Source of the DNA: Thermoplasmatota archaeon
GTDB taxonomy: Archaea; Thermoplasmatota; E2; JACPAO01; JAHFTW01
Assembly: GCA_041581335.1 (NCBI GenBank)
Contig: JBFIDG010000001.1
Coordinates: 1 to 62,910, forward strand
Length of the DNA stretch: 62,910 nucleotides
Direction of reading: 5' to 3'
Position numbers and translations under genes: made by a program. Below are positions 55,725-62,910 of the stretch, piece after piece. The notes beneath the pieces were generated by a model. It was not told the DNA's origin. It worked only from the letters and a program-made list of their open reading frames with translations, and ran no database searches. The number at the start of each line of letters is the position of its first letter. Within the stretch, counting starts at the first letter, position 1.

Positions 55725-56552
55725 ATGACAGTTGGAAAATGGGATGCAGAAGCCTGGCACCGGCAAAGCCGCCGTGAGACTCCCGCCCCTGGCAAGAAGA
55801 AGCCGTGGGTGTATGTCGCCGCGGCGGCGTTCGTCCTGACAGCCGCCGGCGTCAGCGCGAACGTCGCCTTCGACGGACAGGAGATGATCGGCGTATGCCA
55901 CTCGACGGGGGGCGGCTACGTCTTCCTCCCCGTCGCCAAGGAAGGGTTCGAACACGGCCACCACCGCCACCATGCGGCGGACTACTTCGTGAGCGCCGGT
56001 AAGGCCGGTTGCGACACGGCCGCGCCGACCCCTGGCAATAACACGGTCGTGCCCTCGGTGCCTGAAGAGGCGGTCAACGAGACCGTCGAGCAGGCGCCGA
56101 ACAACGTCACCGAGGAGATCGACGCCACGAACGAGACGGTCGCCGAAAACAACGAGACCCTCGAAGAGGCCGCGCCAGCGCCCCTGGGTGACGTCGCCGT
56201 GATCCAGACCGCCGACCAAGACGACAAGAAGGTCCACCTGACGCTCCTGGTCCGCAACGTCGGCGAAGGCAACGCTTCCGACGTATCGCTCGCCGACGAC
56301 CTGCCCGATCTCCGCCGCGCCTGGAGCCTGTCCGGGGCCGACGCCAAGAGCTGCGTCCTCGACGGCGCCGCCCTGCGCTGCTGGTTCGGCACTCTGGCGC
56401 CCGGCGAAACCCGCGAGGTGACGTTGTCGGCCTACACCGACCGGATGCCGTGCGGCGACGGCATGACCAATACGGCCCGCGCCTCGTCCGTCGACGACGC
56501 CGAGGCCCGCAACAACGCCAGCAGCGCGAGCATCTTGGCGCGCTACTGCTGA
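55725..56552 (+). CDS. Membrane-anchored surface protein with sequon-rich linker and DUF11/CARDB-like beta-sandwich
   Basis: N-terminal TM, a CH.tGGG....H..HH..D motif, five N-x-T sequons within about 45 aa, then VHLTLLVRNVGEGNASDVSLAD..PGETREVTL. Confidence 0.6.
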   Translation: MTVGKWDAEAWHRQSRRETPAPGKKKPWVYVAAAAFVLTAAGVSANVAFDGQEMIGVCHSTGGGYVFLPVAKEGFEHGHHRHHAADYFVSAGKAGCDTAAPTPGNNTVVPSVPEEAVNETVEQAPNNVTEEIDATNETVAENNETLEEAAPAPLGDVAVIQTADQDDKKVHLTLLVRNVGEGNASDVSLADDLPDLRRAWSLSGADAKSCVLDGAALRCWFGTLAPGETREVTLSAYTDRMPCGDGMTNTARASSVDDAEARNNASSASILARYC

Positions 56553-56645
56553 CCCGGCCATTGGGCTGGCCCGCTGCCGCCTTCTCCTCTTTCTCCGCGT
56601 TATCCTCCGCCTCAGGTCATGTGGGGGAAGTCGCTTCCATGCGCC

Positions 56646-56930
56646 ATGCCCACATACATCCGGCTCATCAAGGTCCATGACGCGCAGAAGATGCTTGACG
56701 ATCCTGCCTGGGGCCCGCAACAGGCTGCCAAGGTCATCGCCGAGTTCGGCGCGAAGATCACCAACGTCTGGGCGACCCTGGGGCCGTATGATTTCGTCGG
56801 CCTCGTCGAGGCCCCGGATGATGCGTCCATGATGGCGGCCGCCGCCAAGGTGGGGGCCAGTCTGGGCATCGAGGCGATCACGATGCCCGCCGTCGAGAGC
56901 GGCGACTTCCTGCAACGGGTCCGAGCCTGA
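56646..56930 (+). CDS. GYD domain protein
   Basis: MPTYIRLIK..., LGPYDFVGLVEAPDD and MAAAAKVGASLG fit the GYD family. Confidence 0.65.
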   Translation: MPTYIRLIKVHDAQKMLDDPAWGPQQAAKVIAEFGAKITNVWATLGPYDFVGLVEAPDDASMMAAAAKVGASLGIEAITMPAVESGDFLQRVRA

Positions 56931-56979
56931 GCCTGCTGGCGCCCACAGCCCGTTAAAGCGGGACCTCGGTGGCGCCCAC

Positions 56980-57528
56980 GTGGACAAGGCCGCCCTGCGC
57001 ACCGAACTCCGCGGCCGCCTCGCCGCGATGAAGACGCTCGTGCGTGCCCAAGAGGAGGATCTGGTGAACGCGGCCATCGTCAGCGACGAAGATTGGCGCG
57101 AAGCGCAGACGGTCCTCGTCTTCAAGGCGGTCCGAACCGAGCTGTCGGTCGTGTCGGCCACGAACGCGGCCTTCCGGGCAGGCAAACGGGTCTGCTTTCC
57201 CCGCGTCGCCCCGGGCGATGTCTTGACGCTGCACGAGGTCTCCGACTGGTCGCAGTTGACGCCCGGCGCGTATGGCATCCCGGAACCATCGGCCGATGCG
57301 CCTCTCGTGACGCCCATGGTCGTCGACGTGGCGCTGGTCCCGGGTCTTGGCTTCACTGCCACCGGCGCTCGCTTGGGCCAAGGTGGGGGGTTCTACGACA
57401 AACTGCTACCGATGCTCGGCGGCGTGTCGTGGGGGGTCGGCTTCTCGCAGCAACTGCTGGACGTCTTGCCTGCCGAGCCGCATGATCGGCCCGTGGATCG
57501 GGTCATCACGCCGTTGACGCTTCAGTAG
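56980..57528 (+). CDS. 5-formyltetrahydrofolate cyclo-ligase
   Basis: Contains GAYGIPEP, VPGLGFTATGARLGQGGGFYD and EPHDRPVD. GTG start. Confidence 0.8.
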   Translation: MDKAALRTELRGRLAAMKTLVRAQEEDLVNAAIVSDEDWREAQTVLVFKAVRTELSVVSATNAAFRAGKRVCFPRVAPGDVLTLHEVSDWSQLTPGAYGIPEPSADAPLVTPMVVDVALVPGLGFTATGARLGQGGGFYDKLLPMLGGVSWGVGFSQQLLDVLPAEPHDRPVDRVITPLTLQ

Positions 57529-58049
57529 ACGATGTTGATGACGACGTGATAGTCGGCGAGGGCGCGGGGCACTTCGGCGCTTAGCGTGTAGTCTCCGACG
57601 GGCAGGCTGGCTTCATCGATGAGGACGCGGGGTCCTGCGGAGACGATGCCGCCGTTCACGTTGACCGCGATGCCGCCGTTGCTGCAGGTCCCGGCGCTCC
57701 TCTTGAGGGGGCCGTCGAGTTTGATGCAGCCTGGGTTTTGCACGACGCTGACGTCGCCGCCGTCGTGGCCTTCGATGGTGAACCGGATGGTCGTGACGTT
57801 GGCGCCGGGGTGCACGGAGAAGCTCCACGAAAGATCGATGCCCTCCGTGACGGGGTCGCGTTCGTCGATGGTGACGTTCTCCTTGGGGCCGGTCGGGCCG
57901 GCGCTGCAGTCGCGGGTGACGCCGTTCTGGGTCACAGAGCAGCTGCTGGTCGTGGTCTTCGTCACCGTCGGGCCCTCGTCGTAGCTGACCTGGACGGCGC
58001 AGCCGGACAGGGTGATCATGGCGATGGAGAGGATGGTGATCAGGCGCAT
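57522..58049 (-). CDS. Secreted lipoprotein, unknown function
   Basis: MRLITILSIAMITLSGCA has a lipobox. The 175-aa protein is Thr/Ser-rich and beta-type. Confidence 0.5.
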   Translation of the reverse strand: MRLITILSIAMITLSGCAVQVSYDEGPTVTKTTTSSCSVTQNGVTRDCSAGPTGPKENVTIDERDPVTEGIDLSWSFSVHPGANVTTIRFTIEGHDGGDVSVVQNPGCIKLDGPLKRSAGTCSNGGIAVNVNGGIVSAGPRVLIDEASLPVGDYTLSAEVPRALADYHVVINIVY

Positions 58050-58088
58050 GGGTGACGACTTACGACCCGACTATATCCGTATTCTGGG

Positions 58089-58173
58089 CACCCCTTCGTT
58101 GCGATCCCTGGGCGGGCCTGGACAGCCTCAACAGGAGGGGCATGAACATGTTCGTATGCCATTTGAACTGTCA
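58089..58173 (+). promoter_or_regulatory. Conserved intergenic module, copy B
   Basis: 58089 CACCCCTTCGTTGCGATCC; 58143 TGAACATGTTCGTATGCCATTTGAACTGTC. The second element matches copy A at about 27 of 31 positions with one indel. Confidence 0.5.
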
Positions 58174-58269
58174 ACCATCGACGATGGCGGCTGTCTGCAA
58201 CTTCACCGAACGCCGACATCTGGCAAAAGCAACTTATCTAGGTGCTAAATCTCAAGCGACCTGGTCACG

Positions 58270-58407
58270 ATGCAGCCCCATCCTCTACACGTGCTTCTGC
58301 ACCAACAGGTCGGCCTCGACTCCTTCGCCATCGACGGCGACGAGACCCTCGTCATCGACCCATGGACGGATCGCCCACTGCGTGCCCGTTCCCCCGCCGC
58401 GCCATAA
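58270..58407 (+). pseudogene. 45-codon ORF resembling the N-terminus of an MBL-fold hydrolase (possible gene remnant)
   Basis: MQPHPLHVLLHQQVGLDSFAIDGDETLVIDPWTDRP.. resembles the start of the intact MBL hydrolase at 61487 (MATLTWLGHAGFLIESEGRSLAIDAWLDGP). GC3-rich. Not in the supplied track. Confidence 0.3.
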
Positions 58408-58485
58408 GGCACGCCCGAAGCCCCTTGCTTAAGGCGGACCTGCGCGTCCGTAGGCTACGCACGGCGTCGCCGGGCGACCGAATCC

Positions 58486-60171
58486 ATGTGTGGCATCGCA
58501 GGCATCCTTGGTCGTGACGACCCCGCACTCGTCCGGCAGATGGCCGACCTCCTCGTCCACCGCGGACCCGACGGCGAAGGGGTCTGGAGCGACGACAACG
58601 TCACCCTCGGCCACCGCCGCTTGAGCATCGTCGACCTGGAAGGCGGCGCCCAACCCATGGAGAGCCACGACGGGCGCTACTGCATCGTGTACAACGGCGA
58701 AGTCTACAACCACGCCGCCGTCCGCGCCAAACTGGCCGCACAGGGCGCCACGTTCCGCACAGACCACTCCGACACCGAGACCATCCTCGAAGGCTACCGT
58801 CGCTGGGGCCCCGACGTCGTGACCCACCTCGAAGGCATGTTCGCCTTCGCCCTCTGGGACACACAAGAACGCAGCCTCTTCATCGCCCGGGATCCGTTCG
58901 GCATCAAGCCGTTCTACTACGCCTGCGCCGACGGCGAGATGGTCTTCGCCAGCGAACAGAAAGCCCTGTTCGCCCACCCTGCTATCGACGCGGTCCCGAA
59001 CCTCGACCGGTTGCGCGAACGGGCCACCTTGGAATTCCTCACCGGTCAAGCCACCCTGTTTGCCGGAATCCACCAGCTTCCGCCCGGCACATGGGCGCTG
59101 TTGCGACCAGACGAACCGGACTTCTGCCGCGTCCTGTGGCAACCTTACTACCACGTCCCCGTCGAACGCTACGCGACGGTCGAAGAAGCGGCCCACGTCA
59201 TCAAGGACCGCTTCGTCGCCTCCGTGCAAGAGCAGCTCATGGCGGACGTGCCTCTTGGCGTCATCCTGAGCGGCGGGTTCGACTCCGCCGTCGTCGCCAC
59301 CGCGCACCAGAAGTTCCTCTCAGACACCCCCATCCACACCTACACGATCGCCGAGTCCGAAGAGGTGGCCGACTTCCAGGCCGCCCGCCGGCTCGCCGAC
59401 CATCTGGGCACCGACCACCACGAGGCCTTCTTCGAGTTCGAAGACGTGCTGCGGGACCTACCCCGCTACACGTACCACAACGAGAACATCAACTACACCG
59501 AGTTCTTCTTCCTGCCACTGTTCGAACGCATGGCCAAGGACGTCAAGGTCGGCCTATGCGGCCAAGGCAGCGACGAACTATGGGGTGGCTATGATCGTTA
59601 CAAGGACCCGCTGGCTTTGGCCAAGGAACGCATCACGCGCATCCGCCGTGCAGCCCCCGCTCACGAAGACGAACTCGCCACATTGGTCAATCTGACCCAC
59701 ATGAGCGGTCAGAGCCTGGCCGAATGGGACCAGCAAGGCCAACTCAACAACTTCCAACTCCGCCTCGTCGACCGCAACTCCATGGCCAGCAGCCTCGAGG
59801 TGCGCGTGCCGTTCCTGAGCCGCCCCCTGCACGCCGCCAGCCGCGCCGTGCCATGGGGCTGGAAGATGGGTGGCCCCACTGGCGGCGACCACGCCGGCAT
59901 GGAGAAATGGATCCTGCGCAAGGCCCTGGAAGAGCTCGGCATGCCCGATGACCTGACCTGGCGCAAGAAGGTCCCCGCTGGCCGCGCCACGGGCCCCCGC
60001 GTCATGGACCAGTTCGAATCACACTGCGCCAAGCTGGTCGACCCCAAGGCCATGGCAGCGCACCCCCTCGGCGGCGCCTTCCAACGGCCCGCCGAATTCT
60101 TGGTCTACCGCCTTTGGGACGAGATCTTTGTCCAAGGCCACCGGACCCCTACATTGGAGGAACTCTGTTGA
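58486..60171 (+). CDS. Asparagine synthase (glutamine-hydrolysing) family amidotransferase
   Basis: N-terminal nucleophile MCGIAG (Ntn GATase II), PP-loop VILSGGFDSAVVA, and an AsnB-type C-terminal domain. Confidence 0.85.
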   Translation: MCGIAGILGRDDPALVRQMADLLVHRGPDGEGVWSDDNVTLGHRRLSIVDLEGGAQPMESHDGRYCIVYNGEVYNHAAVRAKLAAQGATFRTDHSDTETILEGYRRWGPDVVTHLEGMFAFALWDTQERSLFIARDPFGIKPFYYACADGEMVFASEQKALFAHPAIDAVPNLDRLRERATLEFLTGQATLFAGIHQLPPGTWALLRPDEPDFCRVLWQPYYHVPVERYATVEEAAHVIKDRFVASVQEQLMADVPLGVILSGGFDSAVVATAHQKFLSDTPIHTYTIAESEEVADFQAARRLADHLGTDHHEAFFEFEDVLRDLPRYTYHNENINYTEFFFLPLFERMAKDVKVGLCGQGSDELWGGYDRYKDPLALAKERITRIRRAAPAHEDELATLVNLTHMSGQSLAEWDQQGQLNNFQLRLVDRNSMASSLEVRVPFLSRPLHAASRAVPWGWKMGGPTGGDHAGMEKWILRKALEELGMPDDLTWRKKVPAGRATGPRVMDQFESHCAKLVDPKAMAAHPLGGAFQRPAEFLVYRLWDEIFVQGHRTPTLEELC

Positions 60172-61451
60172 ACCAAACCCAAGGCGCCCTTGAGGGCCTC
60201 GACCGCATCCTCGTCGACGCCACCGACCGCATCGAAGACCTGCTCGCCTATCACCGCAACCAGGTCCTCTGTCCGGTCTACACGAGCGTCGACATCCGAC
60301 GCAACCGCCACAAGGCCGCCGTCGTCGACGCCAACGCTTTCCCCGCCGGTTTCAACAACCTCAGCAAGCGCAGCTACACGCAGGCCACGGAGGCGGTGGG
60401 GAGCTACATGGGCAAGGTCTACCCAGGCGCGGAGGAACTGTTGCTGTTGGCGGAGAACCACACCCGCAACAAGTGGTACTTCCAGAACCTCCTGACACTA
60501 CGGGATCTGTTCAGCAGCGCCGGCTACCACGTCACCGTCGGCACCATGGCGGAGGAACTCTTCCCGCAGTCCACCGTCGAGACCGCGCTCGGGGACAAGC
60601 TCGAAGTGCACGGCGTCATCCGCGAGGGCGACGCGCTGATCGCCGATGGTACTGTGCACGACGTGGTCATCCTCAACAACGACCTGTCTGGGGGCACCCC
60701 CGATATCCTCGACGGGCTCAGTCAACCCATCACGCCGCCGCCGGCGATGGGCTGGCACCGCCGCCGCAAGTCGGAGCACTTCCGCATCGTCTGCGAACTG
60801 AGTCGCCAACTGGGCGACTACGTGGGCTTCGACCCGTGGCTGATCAGCGCCGAGTTCGACCGCGCCGACGGCGTGGATTTCAAGGACCGCGACACCCTGG
60901 ATGCCGTCGCCACCAAGATCGATGCGGTGCTCGACAAGGTCCGCGCGAAGTACGATGAATACGGTGTCGACCGCGAGCCCCACGTCTTCGTGAAGGCCGA
61001 CGCCGGCACCTATGGTATGGGGGTCATGGACACCACCAGTGGCGATGATTTCCTACGCCTCAACAGCAAGGGCCGCGAGAAGATGGCCAAAGGAAAAGAG
61101 GGGGTCAAGACGACCTCACTCATCATCCAGGAAGGCGTGCACACAGGCATCCGCAGCAGTGGCGCCGTCGCCGAGCCCGTCATGTACATGGTCTGCGGCA
61201 GCGTCGTGGGCGGCTTCAACCGCATCCACAAGGACAAGTCCGACACCCAGAGCCTCAACTCGCCTGGCAGCACCTTCGAGCCCATGGCGTTCAGCACCCA
61301 GATGCAGAGCGCGGCAGGGCCCGACGAGGTCGTCATGGACGACGTCAGCCGCCACGTCTACCAGGTGCTCGGCGAGATCGCCAGCATCGCCACCGGCTAC
61401 GAACACAAGCTCGCGGCGACCCCTGGCGCGGCGTTACCCACGTATCCGTAG
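60168..61451 (+). CDS. GshA-type (Acidithiobacillus ferrooxidans family) ATP-grasp glutamate--cysteine-ligase-like enzyme
   Basis: YTSVDIRRNRHKAAVVDANAFPAGFNNL and VFVKADAGTYGMGV match my recollection of the rare GshA family (Pfam GshA / TIGR gshA_ferroox). TTG 60168 overlaps the asnB-like stop. An upstream ATG at 60114 is an alternative. Confidence 0.55.
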   Translation: MNQTQGALEGLDRILVDATDRIEDLLAYHRNQVLCPVYTSVDIRRNRHKAAVVDANAFPAGFNNLSKRSYTQATEAVGSYMGKVYPGAEELLLLAENHTRNKWYFQNLLTLRDLFSSAGYHVTVGTMAEELFPQSTVETALGDKLEVHGVIREGDALIADGTVHDVVILNNDLSGGTPDILDGLSQPITPPPAMGWHRRRKSEHFRIVCELSRQLGDYVGFDPWLISAEFDRADGVDFKDRDTLDAVATKIDAVLDKVRAKYDEYGVDREPHVFVKADAGTYGMGVMDTTSGDDFLRLNSKGREKMAKGKEGVKTTSLIIQEGVHTGIRSSGAVAEPVMYMVCGSVVGGFNRIHKDKSDTQSLNSPGSTFEPMAFSTQMQSAAGPDEVVMDDVSRHVYQVLGEIASIATGYEHKLAATPGAALPTYP

Positions 61452-61486
61452 CAGCCCTTTTTGTCGCAGGGGCTCTATCAAGGTCC

Positions 61487-62191
61487 ATGGCGACGTTGAC
61501 CTGGCTTGGACACGCAGGGTTCCTGATCGAATCGGAGGGCCGATCCTTGGCCATCGATGCATGGCTCGACGGCCCGACCTTCCCGGGCACCGACCTGAGC
61601 GACGTCGACGTCGTCGCGGTGACCCATGGCCACTTCGACCACGCCCAGAACGCGCCCGCCATCTGCAACGCCAATGGCGCCACGTTGGTCTGCATGCATG
61701 AGATCAAGTTCTGGGCCCTGCAACACGGCGTCCCCGAAGACAAGGTCGTCTCGATGAACATCGGCGGCACCGTCGAAGCAGGCGGCTTCAAGCTCACCAT
61801 GGTCCCGGCCATCCATAGCGGCGGGTGCCCCGGAGACGACGGACAGATCGTCTCAGGTGGTGCGGCGGCCGGCTTCGTCATCACCTGCCCCGACGGCGAC
61901 GTCATCTACCATGCGGGAGACACCGCCGCCTTCGGCGACATGGCCCTCCTGGCCGAGATGTTCCCCTTCAAGCTGGCGCTGTTGCCCGTCGGCGGCCACT
62001 TCACCATGGACCCGGCCGGCGCGGCGAAGGCCATCGAACTCCTGGGGGCCAAGCATGTGGTCCCGATGCACTTCGGCACGTTCCCGATCCTGGCCGGCAC
62101 CCCTGCCGAGCTCGAGGGCCTCGTGGGCCATGACGTGCACGTCCATGCGCTGCGCCCAGGCGATCTGTTCGATATGGCCAGCCTGGCTTAG
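61487..62191 (+). CDS. MBL-fold metal-dependent hydrolase (UPF0173 family)
   Basis: MATLTWLGHAGFLIE, VTHGHFDH, and the C-terminal H/D ligands VPMHFGTF. Confidence 0.8.
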   Translation: MATLTWLGHAGFLIESEGRSLAIDAWLDGPTFPGTDLSDVDVVAVTHGHFDHAQNAPAICNANGATLVCMHEIKFWALQHGVPEDKVVSMNIGGTVEAGGFKLTMVPAIHSGGCPGDDGQIVSGGAAAGFVITCPDGDVIYHAGDTAAFGDMALLAEMFPFKLALLPVGGHFTMDPAGAAKAIELLGAKHVVPMHFGTFPILAGTPAELEGLVGHDVHVHALRPGDLFDMASLA

Positions 62192-62910
62192 AGCACGCCG
62201 ACGAAGGCGACCTGATCGACCATCAGGGCGATGAGCAGGAAGCCCAGGTACTGGATGGTCCAAAGGAAGAACGTCCGGTACGCCTTGGGGCTCGGGTGGA
62301 TCTCCAGTTTGGCGGCCCGGAAGACCAGCAGGAAGCCGAGCACCAGGCCGGCGATCATGTAGATGAAGCCCGCATCGGCGAAGGGGTACACCAACGAGAT
62401 ACTGGCGATGACCGTCAGGACCGAGTAGATGAGGATCTGGCGGCGGGTGCCGTGCTCACCGATGACGTTGGGCATCATCGGGTAGTCGGCCGCAGCGTAG
62501 TCGTGCTTGTACAACAAGGCCAGGGCCCAGAAGTGGGCCGGAGTCCAGAGGAAGACGAGCGAAGCGATGATGATGGCGGGCCATGCCAGGCCGCCGGTCA
62601 CGGCAGACCAGCCGATGACGGCCGGGAAGCTGCCGGCGAGGCCGCCGATGACGATGTTCTGGGGCGTCGTCGGCTTGAGCCAGACCGTGTAGACGATAAC
62701 GTAGTATGCGATGGCGCCGGCGGTGAGCAGTGCCGCGAGCCATGCGCCGATCAGCAGCAGGCTGCCGATGGACAGCAGCGACATGGTCGTGGCGTAGGCG
62801 ATGGCGCTGCTGGGGGCCATGCGGCCGGAGGCGAGCGGGCGCTTGGCGGTGCGGCCCATGCGGCGGTCGCGGTCGATCTCGATGACGTTGTTGAAGGCGC
62901 CACTGGCGGC
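62188..62910 (-). CDS. ctaB: Protoheme IX farnesyltransferase (heme O synthase), 5' end beyond the window
   Basis: UbiA-type motifs NNVIEIDRDRRMGRTAKRPL and WTPAHFWALAL. The reading frame stays open to the window edge. Confidence 0.85.
   Translation of the reverse strand, partial: AASGAFNNVIEIDRDRRMGRTAKRPLASGRMAPSSAIAYATTMSLLSIGSLLLIGAWLAALLTAGAIAYYVIVYTVWLKPTTPQNIVIGGLAGSFPAVIGWSAVTGGLAWPAIIIASLVFLWTPAHFWALALLYKHDYAAADYPMMPNVIGEHGTRRQILIYSVLTVIASISLVYPFADAGFIYMIAGLVLGFLLVFRAAKLEIHPSPKAYRTFFLWTIQYLGFLLIALMVDQVAFVGVL

Noticed and set aside
55671-57362. 563-aa minus-strand ORF spanning three plus-strand genes
   Set aside because: The plus-strand genes (DUF11-like protein, GYD, 5-formyl-THF cyclo-ligase) have recognisable motifs and G/C-rich third positions. 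The minus-strand product is Arg/Gly/Ala-rich with no motif.
58052-58432. 126-aa ORF covering the lipoprotein/asnB-like intergenic region
   Set aside because: Its Cys/Ser/Thr/Pro/Arg-rich sequence has no domain and a mixed third-position composition. Only its first codons coincide with the conserved palindrome element, which is better explained at the DNA level.
1-62910. Search for integrases, transposases, cas genes, toxin-antitoxin pairs, restriction-modification or other classical defence or mobile modules
   Set aside because: None was recognised among the credible ORFs. The only nuclease-fold candidates are the orphan at 14210 and the YprB-like exonuclease at 20983, and neither is in a recognisable defence operon.

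Overview
High-GC (roughly mid-60s %) archaeal chromosome segment, densely packed with about 60 genes and no rRNA, tRNA, CRISPR or recognisable mobile element. Archaeal identity rests on RadB, FEN-1, an archaeal-type ThrRS, PurP, Nep1, Dph5, deoxyhypusine synthase, Trm5, A-type ATPase subunit D and uL11. I cannot place the organism more precisely from sequence alone. Most genes are housekeeping or transport, but several things stand out. (1) Two adjacent intergenic regions (11.4-11.7 kb and 13.6-14.1 kb) carry clustered repeats with the dyad plus G-string layout of archaeal origin recognition boxes (ORB). Oppositely oriented copies flank a ~46% GC polypyrimidine tract. This is a candidate replication origin with no orc1/cdc6 in the window, next to fen, an orphan Mrr-like protein and radB. 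(2) A bacterial-type glyoxylate shunt operon (aceB-aceA) is tandemly duplicated. The copies are diverged except for a 128-nt perfectly identical tract, which suggests gene conversion. (3) A ~31-nt element containing the palindrome GAACATGTTC is conserved upstream of the second aceBA copy and upstream of an asnB-like / GshA-type ATP-grasp / MBL-hydrolase operon. (4) A three-gene cassette encodes a degenerate ATP-grasp, a RimK-like ATP-grasp and a GNAT. (5) Two tandem genes encode signal-peptide plus TM-anchored double winged-helix regulators. (6) A lower-GC secreted glycoside hydrolase carries three tandem binding-module repeats. Many long ORFs in the supplied track are antisense artefacts of the high GC content. 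All functional calls come from motif recognition by eye, with no database searches.
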